From contig CAVSGM010000003.1 in the NCBI GenBank assembly GCA_963727485.1, forward strand, positions 512,001-576,000: a stretch of DNA of 64,000 nt, written 5' to 3'. Under the pieces are notes generated by a model. It was not told where the DNA came from and made no database searches. It saw only the letters and a program-made list of their open reading frames with translations. A program made the position numbers and the translations under genes. Shown in pieces: positions 11,263 through 20,959 of the stretch (position 1 is its first letter; every line of letters begins with the position of its first letter). This DNA comes from an uncultured delta proteobacterium (GTDB taxonomy: Bacteria > Myxococcota > Myxococcia > SLRQ01).

Positions 11263-12368
11263 AGAGCATCACCGCCGTCGCCCGCAAGGAGCTGCGCCAG
11301 CTCTCCCGGGATCCCAGGACCATCGCGGTCCTGGTGGTGTTCCCGGCGCTCCTGCTCCTCTTCTACGGCTACGTCCTCTCCTTCGACGTCCACCACGTGC
11401 GCCTCGCCGTCCTCGACCACGACCACTCGGCGACCAGCCGGGCGCTGGTGGCCTCCATGACCTCCAGCGAGTACTTCGACGCCGTGCGCCACCTGCCCTC
11501 GGCGGCCGACATCCCCGAGACCCTCGACGCCGGCACCGCGGCCATCGTCCTGGTCATCCCCCAGGGCTTCGAGAAGACCGTCCAGCGTGGAGGCACCGCC
11601 ACCGTCCAGGGCCTCATCGACGGCGCCAACGCCTCCCAGGCCCAGACCGCCCAGGGCTACGCCGAGGCCTTCGTCCAGGCCTTCGGGGCGCGCCTGGTGG
11701 CCACCGCCGCCGGCTCGGGGGTGCCGGTGAGCCCCAGGCTCCGGGTGCTCTTCAACCCCGAGCTCGCCAGCGAGAAGTTCCTCCTCCCGGGCCTGGTCGC
11801 CTTCATCCTGATGATCGCCTCCACCATCGCCACCGCCCTCTCGGTGGTGAAGGAGCGGGAGACCGGGACCATGGAGCAGCTGCTGGTCTCGCCGCTGACG
11901 CCCTCGGACGTGATCCTGGGCAAGGCCATCCCCTACGGGATCATCGCGCTGATGGCCGCGCTGCTGGTCATGGTCACCGCCCGGGTGGTCTTCGGCCTCG
12001 AGATCGCCGGGAGCAACTGGCTGCTCTTCGGGGAGACGGTGATCTTCGTCCTCGGGGCCCAGGGGCTGGGGCTGCTCATCTCCTCGATCACCGACAGCCA
12101 GCAGGTGGCCTTCCAGATCGCCACCTTCGCCACCATGCTCCCGACCCTGCTCCTCTCGGGCTTCGTCTTCCCCATCCGCTCCATGCCCCCGGTGATCCAG
12201 GGGCTCACCTACATCGTGCCGGCGCGCTACTTCGTGACCATCCTCCGGGGCATCGTCCTCAAGGGGGTGGGGATCGGCGACATCTGGCAGGAGACGGTGG
12301 CGCTGGGGATCTTCGCCACCTTCACCGTGGCGCTCGCCATCAGCCGCCTGCGGAGGGTGCGCCTGTGA
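11259..12368 (+). CDS. ABC-2 type permease (YbhS-like)
   Basis: ATGA overlap at 11259; KELRQLSRDPR, KERETGTMEQL, LSGFVFPI. Confidence 0.9.
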
Positions 12369-13525
12369 AGGACCCCCGTCGGCCCAAGATGCGCCTCGCC
12401 CTCAAGGGGCTCATCCTCAAGGAGCTGCGGCAGATTCGCCGGGACACCCGGATGATCCCGCTCCTCCTGGTGGCGCCGGTGATCCAGGTCTTCGTCTTCG
12501 GCTACGCCGCCACCCTCGACGTGGCCACCGCCCAGGTGGTGGTGCAGGACCGGGACCACACCGCCGAGAGCCGCACCCTCACCGCCCGCATCGGCGCCTC
12601 CGACGCCTTCGACCTGGTGGGCCAGGTCCAGACCGACGCCGAGACCGAGGACATGCTCAAGCGGGGCACCGCCGAGGTGGCGGTGGTCATCCCCAAGGGC
12701 TACGGCAAGGCGCTGGCCGGCGACGGCTCGACCCAGGTCCAGATCGTCATCGACGGCTCCGACTCCATCTCCGCCAGCGTGGGCCTCTCCTCGTCGGCGG
12801 GGCTGCTCGGCCGCGTCGCCCGGGAGGTGGCGACGCGGCGCCTCGAGTCCCTTGGGAGCGCCGCCCCGGCGGTGCCCGCCCAGGTTCAGGTGCGCACCCG
12901 GGTCCTCTACAACCCCGAGCTCAAGAGCCGGATCTTCATGGTCCCCGGGGTGCTGGCGATGGTGCTGATGATCGTCACCATGATCGCCACCTCCATGGCC
13001 ACCGTCCGCGAGAAGGAGCTGGGGACCATGGAGCAGCTCATCGTCACCCCGGTGAACCGGGCGACGCTGCTCGCCGGCAAGCTCATCCCCTTCGCCCTCT
13101 TCGGCCTCGCCGACAGCCTGGTGGTGCTGGCGGTCACCTACTGGTGGTTCAAGGTGCCGATGCAGGGGAGCATCTGGCTGCTGCTCGCCAACATCTTCCC
13201 CTACCTGCTCTCCATGCTCGGCCTGGGGCTGCTGGTCTCGACCATCTCCTCGACCCAGCAGCAGTCGATGATGACGGCGATGTTCCTGGTGATGATGCCC
13301 ATGATCTACCTCTCGGGCTTCGTCTTCCCCATCGAGTCCATGCCCCGGGCGGTGCAGCCCTTCACCCAGCTCATCCCCCTGCGGCACTTCCTGGACATCG
13401 TCCGGGGGGTGATGCTCAAGGGTGCCGGGTTCCGGGAGCTGTGGCCCTCCATCGCCAAGCTCACCGCGCTGGGCGTGGCGATCTTCGGCCTCTCGGTGGT
13501 CCTCTTCCGCAAGCGCCTGGACTGA
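12365..13525 (+). CDS. ABC-2 type permease (YbhR-like)
   Basis: KELRQIRRD, REKELGTMEQL, LSGFVFPIESMP. Confidence 0.9.
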   Translation: MKDPRRPKMRLALKGLILKELRQIRRDTRMIPLLLVAPVIQVFVFGYAATLDVATAQVVVQDRDHTAESRTLTARIGASDAFDLVGQVQTDAETEDMLKRGTAEVAVVIPKGYGKALAGDGSTQVQIVIDGSDSISASVGLSSSAGLLGRVAREVATRRLESLGSAAPAVPAQVQVRTRVLYNPELKSRIFMVPGVLAMVLMIVTMIATSMATVREKELGTMEQLIVTPVNRATLLAGKLIPFALFGLADSLVVLAVTYWWFKVPMQGSIWLLLANIFPYLLSMLGLGLLVSTISSTQQQSMMTAMFLVMMPMIYLSGFVFPIESMPRAVQPFTQLIPLRHFLDIVRGVMLKGAGFRELWPSIAKLTALGVAIFGLSVVLFRKRLD

Positions 13526-13629
13526 ACGGATATTCAGTCGCCCGCGTCCAGTTGTCGGATGGCGGGGCCCCGGCGGCATGCTAGCGTCGATCCCGTCGAA
13601 TGGAAGCGATCCCCAGGACGGAGGACGGC

Positions 13630-14388
13630 ATGCGAGTCGGTGGAGCACGGGAAGAAGGGCAGGCGCTGGTGGAGACCGCCATCGTCATGCCGCTCTACGT
13701 GTTCCTCATCCTCGGGCTGCTCCAGCTCGGGCTGATGCACCAGGCGCGGCTCATGGTCAAGTACGCCTCCTACCAGGCGGTACGCGCCGGGGCCCTCCAC
13801 AACGCCGACGTCACCGAGATGGAGAAGGCGGCCCTGGGGGTGCTCCTGCCCCTGGCGAGCCACAAGAGCGGCCGCAACGAGTACATCAAGAAGATCGACA
13901 GCGGGATTTCCTACGACACCAAGTGGACCGAGTACTGGACCGTGCGCCGCAACTACCTGGTGCCGGGCCTGATGAAGATCGCCCGGGTGACCATCTGCGG
14001 GCCCGTCACCTCCGACTTCGGGGGCAAGACGAAGGGCGAGATCGACTTCGACGACCCGAAGTACGACAGCTCCGCCTGGAAGACCAACCAGGCCACCAAG
14101 CTCCGGGCCCAGGTGACCTTCCACTACCGGATGCCGATCCCCTTCGCCAACGCGGTGATCGAGCGGATCATGTGGAACCTCAAGGTGCCCAGGGTCCTCT
14201 ACCTGAAGAAGAACAAGCTGGCGACGCCCAAGATCGGCCCGAAGTTCGCCGAGTACTACGGCCTGGCCAGCCAGGGCATCTACGTCATCCCCATCCGCGC
14301 CAACTACACCATGCGGATGCAGTCGAACATCTATCTGAAGAACATTCCCAAATCGAACAAGTGCGTGGTGCCATGGAAGTTCAAGTGA
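13630..14388 (+). CDS. TadE-like pseudopilin/minor pilin
   Basis: G|QALVETAIVMP prepilin site with E+5, hydrophobic helix, YASYQAVRAG; SD GGAGG before ATG 13630. Confidence 0.85.
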   Translation: MRVGGAREEGQALVETAIVMPLYVFLILGLLQLGLMHQARLMVKYASYQAVRAGALHNADVTEMEKAALGVLLPLASHKSGRNEYIKKIDSGISYDTKWTEYWTVRRNYLVPGLMKIARVTICGPVTSDFGGKTKGEIDFDDPKYDSSAWKTNQATKLRAQVTFHYRMPIPFANAVIERIMWNLKVPRVLYLKKNKLATPKIGPKFAEYYGLASQGIYVIPIRANYTMRMQSNIYLKNIPKSNKCVVPWKFK

Positions 14389-15905
14389 GAAGCGACCTCC
14401 GTGACCAGAGCGGTCAGGTGCTGGTGCTCGGCGCCTTGTCGATGCTCATCCTCGCCCTGATGCTGATGCTGAGCTTCAACCTCAGCGAGGCGATCCACAA
14501 CAAGATCCAGCTCCAGCAGCAGGCGGACGCCCACGCCTACTCCATGGCGGTGGTCGAGGCCCGGACCTTCAACTACATCGCCTACTCCAACCGGGCGATC
14601 GCGGCCGACCTGGTGGCGATGGCCACCATGCACGCCTACATGTCGATGATGTCCAGCGAGGTGGACATGCTCGGCGCCGCCGAGGTGAACATGTTCATCA
14701 TCGCCGGCGAGGAGTTCCTCCTCTGCTGCAGCTGCGGGCCGCCGTTCGTCTGCTGCAAGCTCCAGCACTGCTGGCACGGCGTGCAGGCCATCATGAAGGG
14801 GCTGAAGTTCAACCGCTACAAGGGGAAGTACGCCAAGAAGCTCAAGGGCCTCGAGAGCATGTTCAACAAGTCGATCATGCTCCTGCGAAGAATGATCGAC
14901 GCGATTCACATCTCCCAGGAGCTGATGCTCTACGACACCGCCAATGTGCTGCGGGGGCAGAAGCTCGACGAGATCCGAAAGTTCAACGACCCCCAGTCGA
15001 GCAAGAGCCTCCCGGCGCTGGTGGGGGTCAAGAACGTCGAGAACCTCCTCTGCGGGGTCCAGGGCACGCCCCTCGACAGCCTCTGCCCCCACAACAAGCT
15101 CTCGAAGGACGTGCAGGCCAAGCTCCTCGGCGAGGTCTCCAACGCCACCCGCCCCAAGTTCACCACCGACCGGGGCCTGATGGACATCTGGATGAACCTC
15201 CTCTCGACCTTCGGCAACGACCTCACCCACAAGATCCAGGGCAACGGCATCAGCTTCCCCGTCTACCACAAGGGCACCGCCAAGCTGACCCCGGGCACCA
15301 GCGGGCTGACCAGCTCCCAGGAGGCCATCGACGCCAAGGACGTGGGGGCCGAGGATCACGGCTGGCTCTTCAGCATCTTCCACGACGGGGTCTCGGTCTT
15401 CCCCTACAACGCCCACATCTACTCGGACAAGAACGGCGGCGAGCACAAGCCCAGCGAAACCCACCAGGGCCGCCACAGCGAGTTCAAGGGCCTGCACAGC
15501 TGCATGCTCTTCGGGAGCTGCTTCATCAAGTTCCGCGCCGACAGCAAGGTCAAGGACCACTACGACCAGCCCCTGGTCTACGACTACGCCACCCGCGACC
15601 TCTCGGTGACCCGCAAGGGCGGGCACGGGCCCTGGGAGCTGAACAAGCAGGGCAAGGTCGAGATGCGGTGGGGCGGCAAGACCGGCAAGCTCACCCTGCG
15701 CGCCGGCAAGGGCGCGGCCTTGAGCCAGGCGATGGTCTACTACCACCGCCTCGGCGACTGGAAGGACGCCCCGAACCTCTTCAGCCCCTACTGGCGAGCC
15801 AAGCTGCACCCCATGACCGGCACCACCGCGGCCGAGGTGCTGCTCTTCACTGGCAACACCGACGCGGCAGAGATCGCGGGGGCGCCAGGAACCCCGGTGA
15901 ACTGA
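14385..15905 (+). CDS. Large Tad/TadG-related pilin-like protein (candidate tip adhesin)
   Basis: GTGA overlap; G|QVLVLGALSMLILAL...KIQLQQQADAHAY Tad N-terminus; Cys cluster; C-terminal YYHR...PNLFSPYWRAKL. Confidence 0.8.
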   Translation: MRSDLRDQSGQVLVLGALSMLILALMLMLSFNLSEAIHNKIQLQQQADAHAYSMAVVEARTFNYIAYSNRAIAADLVAMATMHAYMSMMSSEVDMLGAAEVNMFIIAGEEFLLCCSCGPPFVCCKLQHCWHGVQAIMKGLKFNRYKGKYAKKLKGLESMFNKSIMLLRRMIDAIHISQELMLYDTANVLRGQKLDEIRKFNDPQSSKSLPALVGVKNVENLLCGVQGTPLDSLCPHNKLSKDVQAKLLGEVSNATRPKFTTDRGLMDIWMNLLSTFGNDLTHKIQGNGISFPVYHKGTAKLTPGTSGLTSSQEAIDAKDVGAEDHGWLFSIFHDGVSVFPYNAHIYSDKNGGEHKPSETHQGRHSEFKGLHSCMLFGSCFIKFRADSKVKDHYDQPLVYDYATRDLSVTRKGGHGPWELNKQGKVEMRWGGKTGKLTLRAGKGAALSQAMVYYHRLGDWKDAPNLFSPYWRAKLHPMTGTTAAEVLLFTGNTDAAEIAGAPGTPVN

Positions 15906-15906
15906 C

Positions 15907-16978
15907 ATGTTTATTCGTAGCGCAACTGGAGAGCGAGGCTCCGCCACGGTGGAGATGGCGATCAGCATGCTCGTCATCGTCCCGGTGATCCTCTACGCCC
16001 TGTTCATGGACGATCTGCTGCGCTTCCGTCTCGACGCCCAGGAGGCGGCGGTGAGCTCGGTCTGGGACTTCACCAACCGCAGCTACCAGCAGCGCACCGG
16101 TTCCGCCAACGACGCCTACGCGGTGCAGCACGTCGATCGGCTCATCTTCTGCGACCACAGCTCCGCCTTCGACAGCTTCAACCGGAACCAGGACTGCGAG
16201 GATCCGCGCCACCACGTGGCGGTGGCCGGTCACGTGTGCTGGCTCATTGGCGGGTCCGAGCAGGTCACCTGCAAGCTGGCCGACGCCAAGCTGGGGACCA
16301 GCTTCACCGGTGGGCCGGCGATGATGCCCGCCAACAAGTTCGTGAGCAGCTACAACAAGGGCGGCTTCTTCACCTGCGAGGCGAAGGAGGCGGTGCTCAA
16401 CTACCTCATCCCCAAACACTTCTTCACCCAGTTCACCACGGTGAAGCTCACCGACAAGAAGAAGTCCAAGGGCAACGTCCACACGGCGGCGTCGGGGGCC
16501 GGCCAGGATGCCGTCTACGATCTGCCCCGGGAGCAGCTCGGCCTCCTCGCCGACACCTGGGCGATGAACGACATCCCCGACATCGACCCGGGGAAGAAGG
16601 GTGGAATCCGGCGTCCAGAAGCAGTTCTACGACCGGGTGAACACCATCTACACCAAGAACCTCGCCTACCCGTTGTTCGAGGTTGCCGGCGAGGCCTTCT
16701 TCGCCAAGGCCGTCTCCAGCGGGCTGCTGAGCTTCATGTACGCCCAGACGCCCTTCGGCGGGATCATGGGCGACAACCCCTTCACCCCCAACCTCTCCCT
16801 GAAGAAACAGACGTCGGCGGGCGGGGTGAAACAGAAGATCGTCCAGGAGGGCAGCAGCGCCCACTACTTCGATCAGGGGTGGGACCAGAGCGGGACCGGC
16901 GACGGGAACTACAAGTCGACCTACTCCAACCGCGGGCAGTACTACCTCGGGCACACCAAGTCCGAGAGCGACAAGTGA
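15907..16978 (+). CDS. TadE-like minor pilin; frameshift near 16600
   Basis: G|SATVEMAISMLVIVP prepilin motif; reading continues in ORF 16601..16978. Confidence 0.75.
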
Positions 16979-16985
16979 CCTGGCC

Positions 16986-17846
16986 GTGGCGGCGCCGCAG
17001 CACAATGGCCTGGGCCGCCGGGGGTGGCTGGTACTCGCGGTCGCCGCGGCGGGCGGGGTGATCGGCGGCGTCGTCCTCGAGCGCAGCGGAGCCCCGGTCC
17101 CCGTGCCCTCCTTCGTCACCCCGTCGGTGCGTGGGGGCGGCATGCTGGAGCCGGCCCCGGCGCCGTCTCCGCCACCCGAGTCGGCCCCCGTCGCCGCTCT
17201 CGCCGGCCTGCCCAGCTACCCGGGCGCCGAGCCCCGGAGCCTCGGGGACGGGATCATGGCCGGCGGCGTGCCCATGGCGGTGGCCTACTTCGTCACCCCG
17301 GACCCGCCCCAGGACGTGATGGCCTTCTACCGCAACGCCCTCCAGGAGACCCACGAGCACGTCCTCCACGAGTGGATGACGCCCACCACCGGCTACGTCG
17401 GCTGGCACGACAAGAAGACCGGAGACCTCCACGGGGTGGTGTTCCGCCGGGAGGGCGAGAAGACCATGGTCTTCCCCTCCGCCGCCGCGCCGGCGCGGAT
17501 GTTCCAGAACCACCAGACGATGCCCGACTACCTGCCCAACCCCAAGGACGCCGAGGGGACCATGGTCGTCAAGATGGGCGCCGCAGCGGGTGGGAGCCGG
17601 CAGCTCTCGGTGGTCACCACCGTCCCCCTGACCACCGTGGGGCAGCTCCTCGACTTCTACAAGCAGGGCTTCAAGGGCAAGGGGTGGCAGGTCGAGAAGG
17701 CCGTCCTGAATACCCCGGACCTCGCCCACGTCACAGCCAGCCGACCCGACATGCGGGCCGAGACCTACCTGCACCACGTCAGCGACGACGGCAGCGGTCC
17801 CCGCGTCGAGGTCTATGTCGTTCTCACCACTCGCGACCACGCCTAG
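16986..17846 (+). CDS. Membrane-anchored protein with two repeated domains, in the Tad-like cassette
   Basis: N-terminal TM, Pro-rich linker, LPSYPGAE..DVMAFY and LPNPKDAE..QLLDFY repeats. Confidence 0.65.
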   Translation: MAAPQHNGLGRRGWLVLAVAAAGGVIGGVVLERSGAPVPVPSFVTPSVRGGGMLEPAPAPSPPPESAPVAALAGLPSYPGAEPRSLGDGIMAGGVPMAVAYFVTPDPPQDVMAFYRNALQETHEHVLHEWMTPTTGYVGWHDKKTGDLHGVVFRREGEKTMVFPSAAAPARMFQNHQTMPDYLPNPKDAEGTMVVKMGAAAGGSRQLSVVTTVPLTTVGQLLDFYKQGFKGKGWQVEKAVLNTPDLAHVTASRPDMRAETYLHHVSDDGSGPRVEVYVVLTTRDHA

Positions 17847-17869
17847 AGCGGGTCAGGAGGCACACTCGG

Positions 17870-18112
17870 ATGCGCACCTACAAGCTCGGACTCACCCTCG
17901 TCGCCCTCTTCTTCGGTCTGGCCATGGCCCGGCCCGCCTTCGCCGACGCCGCCCCCAAGAGCTGCAAGGCGCAGTGCGAGGCCGACACCCACGAGTGCAA
18001 GAAGATGTGCAAGGAGCACGCGCCGCCCAAGGTCCAGGGCCGCTGCACCTCCACCTGCAAGAAGGTCGAGCAGCAGTGCAAGGCGGAGTGCGACAAGGGT
18101 GGCTCCCAGTGA
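17870..18112 (+). CDS. Small secreted Cys-rich protein (four CX3C motifs), 80 aa
   Basis: SD AGGAGG; signal peptide ending AFA; CKAQC-CKKMC-CTSTC-CKAEC. Confidence 0.8.
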   Translation: MRTYKLGLTLVALFFGLAMARPAFADAAPKSCKAQCEADTHECKKMCKEHAPPKVQGRCTSTCKKVEQQCKAECDKGGSQ

Positions 18113-18303
18113 TCCCCCGGCTTCGTCGGTGGTGGCAGCGGGCGCGGGACGAGTCCGGCCAGGCCACGGTGGAGTACGCGGCGGTGACCGTGGCCATGCT
18201 CGGCGGCGGGGTGCTCTCGTGGCCGTTCTTCCTGGGCCTGATCAACGCCTTCCAGACGTACTACCACTCGATCTACTACGTGCTGCAGCTCCCCATCACC
18301 TGA
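18109..18303 (+). CDS. Flp-like small pilin, 64 aa
   Basis: GTGA overlap; DESG|QATVEYA Flp-type motif followed by a hydrophobic helix. Confidence 0.75.
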   Translation: MIPRLRRWWQRARDESGQATVEYAAVTVAMLGGGVLSWPFFLGLINAFQTYYHSIYYVLQLPIT

Positions 18304-18339
18304 GGCCCTGGCGCTGGGAGCGCGTGGCGCATTGCGCTC

Positions 18340-18792
18340 CTAGCCCAGCCGGTCGAGGCGCGCCTCGATCTGGCCCCGAGGCAGGGCGCCCACCAGCTGG
18401 TCCACCGCCCGCCCCCCCTGGAACACCGCCAGGGTGGGGATGGAGCGGATCCCGAAGCGCGCGGCGAGGGCCTGGTTTTCGTCGACGTTGACCTTGGCGA
18501 TCTTGACCTGGCCGGCGCGCGCCTTGGCGATGGCCTCCAGCGACGGCGCCACCATCCGGCAGGGGGCGCACCAGGGCGCCCAGAAGTCCACCAGCACCGG
18601 GATTGGCGAGCCCTCCACCTCCCGGGCGAAGTTGGCCCCGGTGACCTTCACCGGCGCCCGGGGAAAGATCTTCTCCTTGCACCGGCCGCAGGTGGGGTCC
18701 TGGCGGATCCGCTCGCGGGGGATGCGGTTCACCGCGCCGCAGTGGGCGCAGGGGTACCGGACGGCGTCCCTTCGGGGTTCGCTGGTGGCCAT
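18340..18792 (-). CDS. trxC: Thioredoxin 2 (Zn-finger thioredoxin)
   Basis: N-terminal CAHC..CGRC zinc site and WAPWCAPC active site. Confidence 0.9.
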   Translation of the reverse strand: MATSEPRRDAVRYPCAHCGAVNRIPRERIRQDPTCGRCKEKIFPRAPVKVTGANFAREVEGSPIPVLVDFWAPWCAPCRMVAPSLEAIAKARAGQVKIAKVNVDENQALAARFGIRSIPTLAVFQGGRAVDQLVGALPRGQIEARLDRLG

Positions 18793-18877
18793 GGCGCCTC
18801 CTCGCCGTCAGCCTAGAGCCGGTCCGCCCGGCGGCAACCGGCGCCCGGATCCCGTCCGGGTGTGGTAGACCGGCCCC

Positions 18878-20896
18878 ATGCGGAACCGTCGAGCCCTCCC
18901 CCTGGCCCTGGTCCTCGTCCTCGTCGCCGCCGGCTGCGGCCCGGGTCAGACCAAGACCCTCCCGCCGCTGAACATCCAGAGCGGCTGCAACCCCCTGGCC
19001 GCGGACTGGGACTGCATGCTGCCCTACCCCTCGGACGTGTTCCGGGTGAAGGACGCCTCCCTGCCCAGCGGCTACCGGGTGAAGCTGTCCCGCAACGCCA
19101 CCCTGCACACCGACAAGGGCGAGGCGGTGGACTTCACCGTCACCCACCCCGCCGACGGGTTCTCCATCCTCCCCCAGATCCTGGTGCTCTTCCCCAAGGG
19201 GGTCGACGACTCCAACCTGCCCATCCTCGCCGACGCCGCGGGGCTGCCCAACCACCCGGGGATCGCCACCTCGACCACCGCGGCCAGCCCCACGGCGCTC
19301 ATCGACGCCAAGACCGGCGAGCGCATCCTCCACCTCGCCGAGATCGATCCCCGGGCCGTGGACCCCACCACCGGGGCCGTCGAGACCGCGCGCCAGGGCC
19401 TCTCCATCCGGCCCCTGGTGCGCCTCGAGCACTCGACCCGCTACATCGTCGCCCTCCACGGCCTCAAGGACAAGGACGGCAACCTCCTGGCGCCCCCCGA
19501 GGGCTTCCGGCGCATCCGCGACCAGGAGACCGCCGGGGACCCGGTCCTGGGCCCGCTGGCCGACCACTACGAGAAGGACATCTTCCCGGTGCTGAAGCAG
19601 GCGGGCATCGACCGGTCGACCCTGCAGCTCGCCTGGGACTTCACCACCGAGAGCGAGAAGAACGTCACCGGCGACATGTTCGCCATGCGCGACGAGCTGG
19701 TGGCGAGCCTCAAGCAGACGCCGCCCACGGTGGCGATCACCAAGGTGAACGACAGCGTCGGCGACGGCCACACCTTCCGGCGCATCGACGGCACCCTCAC
19801 CGTGCCCCTGTTCATGGACAGCGCCCAGGCCGGGGCCGCCATCCATCGGGACGCCAGCGGAAAGGTGGCGGAGAACGGCACGGTGAAGGTCCCGTTCCTG
19901 ATGCTGATCCCCAACTCGGTGGCCGCGGACATCGCCGCGGGCAAGCCCGCCGACCGGATCTTCCAGTTCGGCCACGGGTTCTTCGGCAGCCGGGAGGAGA
20001 TCGCCAGCCACTACGTCTACAAGTTCGCCGACCGGGAGCACATGGTGGTCTTCGGCGTCGACTGGTGGGGGATGAGCACCGCCGACGCCATCATCGCCGC
20101 CGGGGACCTGTTGAGCGACATGAGCAACGGCTTCCGCTTCGCCGACCGGACCCTCCAGGGGATGGCGAACTTCATCGCCCTGACCTACGCGGCTCCCCAG
20201 ATGACCCAGGACGCCTTCAAGGTCCCGGACGGCGGCGGCACCCTGAAGCCCGCCTTCGACCCGTCCACCCTCTACTACTACGGCATCAGCCAGGGCGGGA
20301 TCCTCGGCGGGACCTACGTGGCCCTGGCGCCGAAGATCCAGAAGGCCACCCTCTCGGTGAGCGGCGCCGGCTTCCCCTTCATGATGTTCCGGGCCACGCC
20401 GTTCTCGCACTTCCTCGAGGTGATCAACGAGAACGTCTCCGACCCCCTGGATCAGCGCAAGTTCGTGACCCTCACCTCCACGGTCTTCGATCGCTTCGAC
20501 CCCATCGAGTACGCGCCCTGGGACCTCCATGGGCGCACCCCCGACGACCCGGCCGAGCGGCAGATCCTGATGCAGACCGGGATTGGGGACACCGAGGTCC
20601 CCAACCCCGCCGACCACCTCCAGGCCCGGGCCATCGGGGTGACCCACATGATCCCGGCCCCCCGGGACATCGTCGATCTCCCCTCGGCCAAGGGGCCCCT
20701 GAAGTCGGCGCTGGTGGAGTGGGACTTCGGCATCCCCAAGCCGCTGCCGGGGACCTACTCGCACCTGGAGGCCGCCGACAACCAGGTCCACGAGGGCGTG
20801 CGGATCCAGACCACCGCCGAGGACATGATCGACCAGTTCTTCCAGCCCGGCGGGATGATCAACGACACCTGCAACGGGCCCTGCGTGGCCCAGTAG
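18878..20896 (+). CDS. Lipoprotein with a C-terminal alpha/beta-hydrolase (lipase-like) domain
   Basis: Lipobox AAGC; GHGFFG, GISQGG nucleophile elbow, GDTEVPN and NQVHE as candidate Asp/His. Confidence 0.7.
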   Translation: MRNRRALPLALVLVLVAAGCGPGQTKTLPPLNIQSGCNPLAADWDCMLPYPSDVFRVKDASLPSGYRVKLSRNATLHTDKGEAVDFTVTHPADGFSILPQILVLFPKGVDDSNLPILADAAGLPNHPGIATSTTAASPTALIDAKTGERILHLAEIDPRAVDPTTGAVETARQGLSIRPLVRLEHSTRYIVALHGLKDKDGNLLAPPEGFRRIRDQETAGDPVLGPLADHYEKDIFPVLKQAGIDRSTLQLAWDFTTESEKNVTGDMFAMRDELVASLKQTPPTVAITKVNDSVGDGHTFRRIDGTLTVPLFMDSAQAGAAIHRDASGKVAENGTVKVPFLMLIPNSVAADIAAGKPADRIFQFGHGFFGSREEIASHYVYKFADREHMVVFGVDWWGMSTADAIIAAGDLLSDMSNGFRFADRTLQGMANFIALTYAAPQMTQDAFKVPDGGGTLKPAFDPSTLYYYGISQGGILGGTYVALAPKIQKATLSVSGAGFPFMMFRATPFSHFLEVINENVSDPLDQRKFVTLTSTVFDRFDPIEYAPWDLHGRTPDDPAERQILMQTGIGDTEVPNPADHLQARAIGVTHMIPAPRDIVDLPSAKGPLKSALVEWDFGIPKPLPGTYSHLEAADNQVHEGVRIQTTAEDMIDQFFQPGGMINDTCNGPCVAQ

Positions 20897-20959
20897 TGGC
20901 CGGGCCCAGGAGCCAGTTGCGGCAACGCGCAGGGGATTGGCACCGAGCAGGTGGGTGTG

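Noticed and set aside
16590..16615. Programmed frameshift or phase variation in the third pilin gene
   Set aside because: No slippery heptamer or long homopolymer; similar single indels occur in housekeeping genes across the window.
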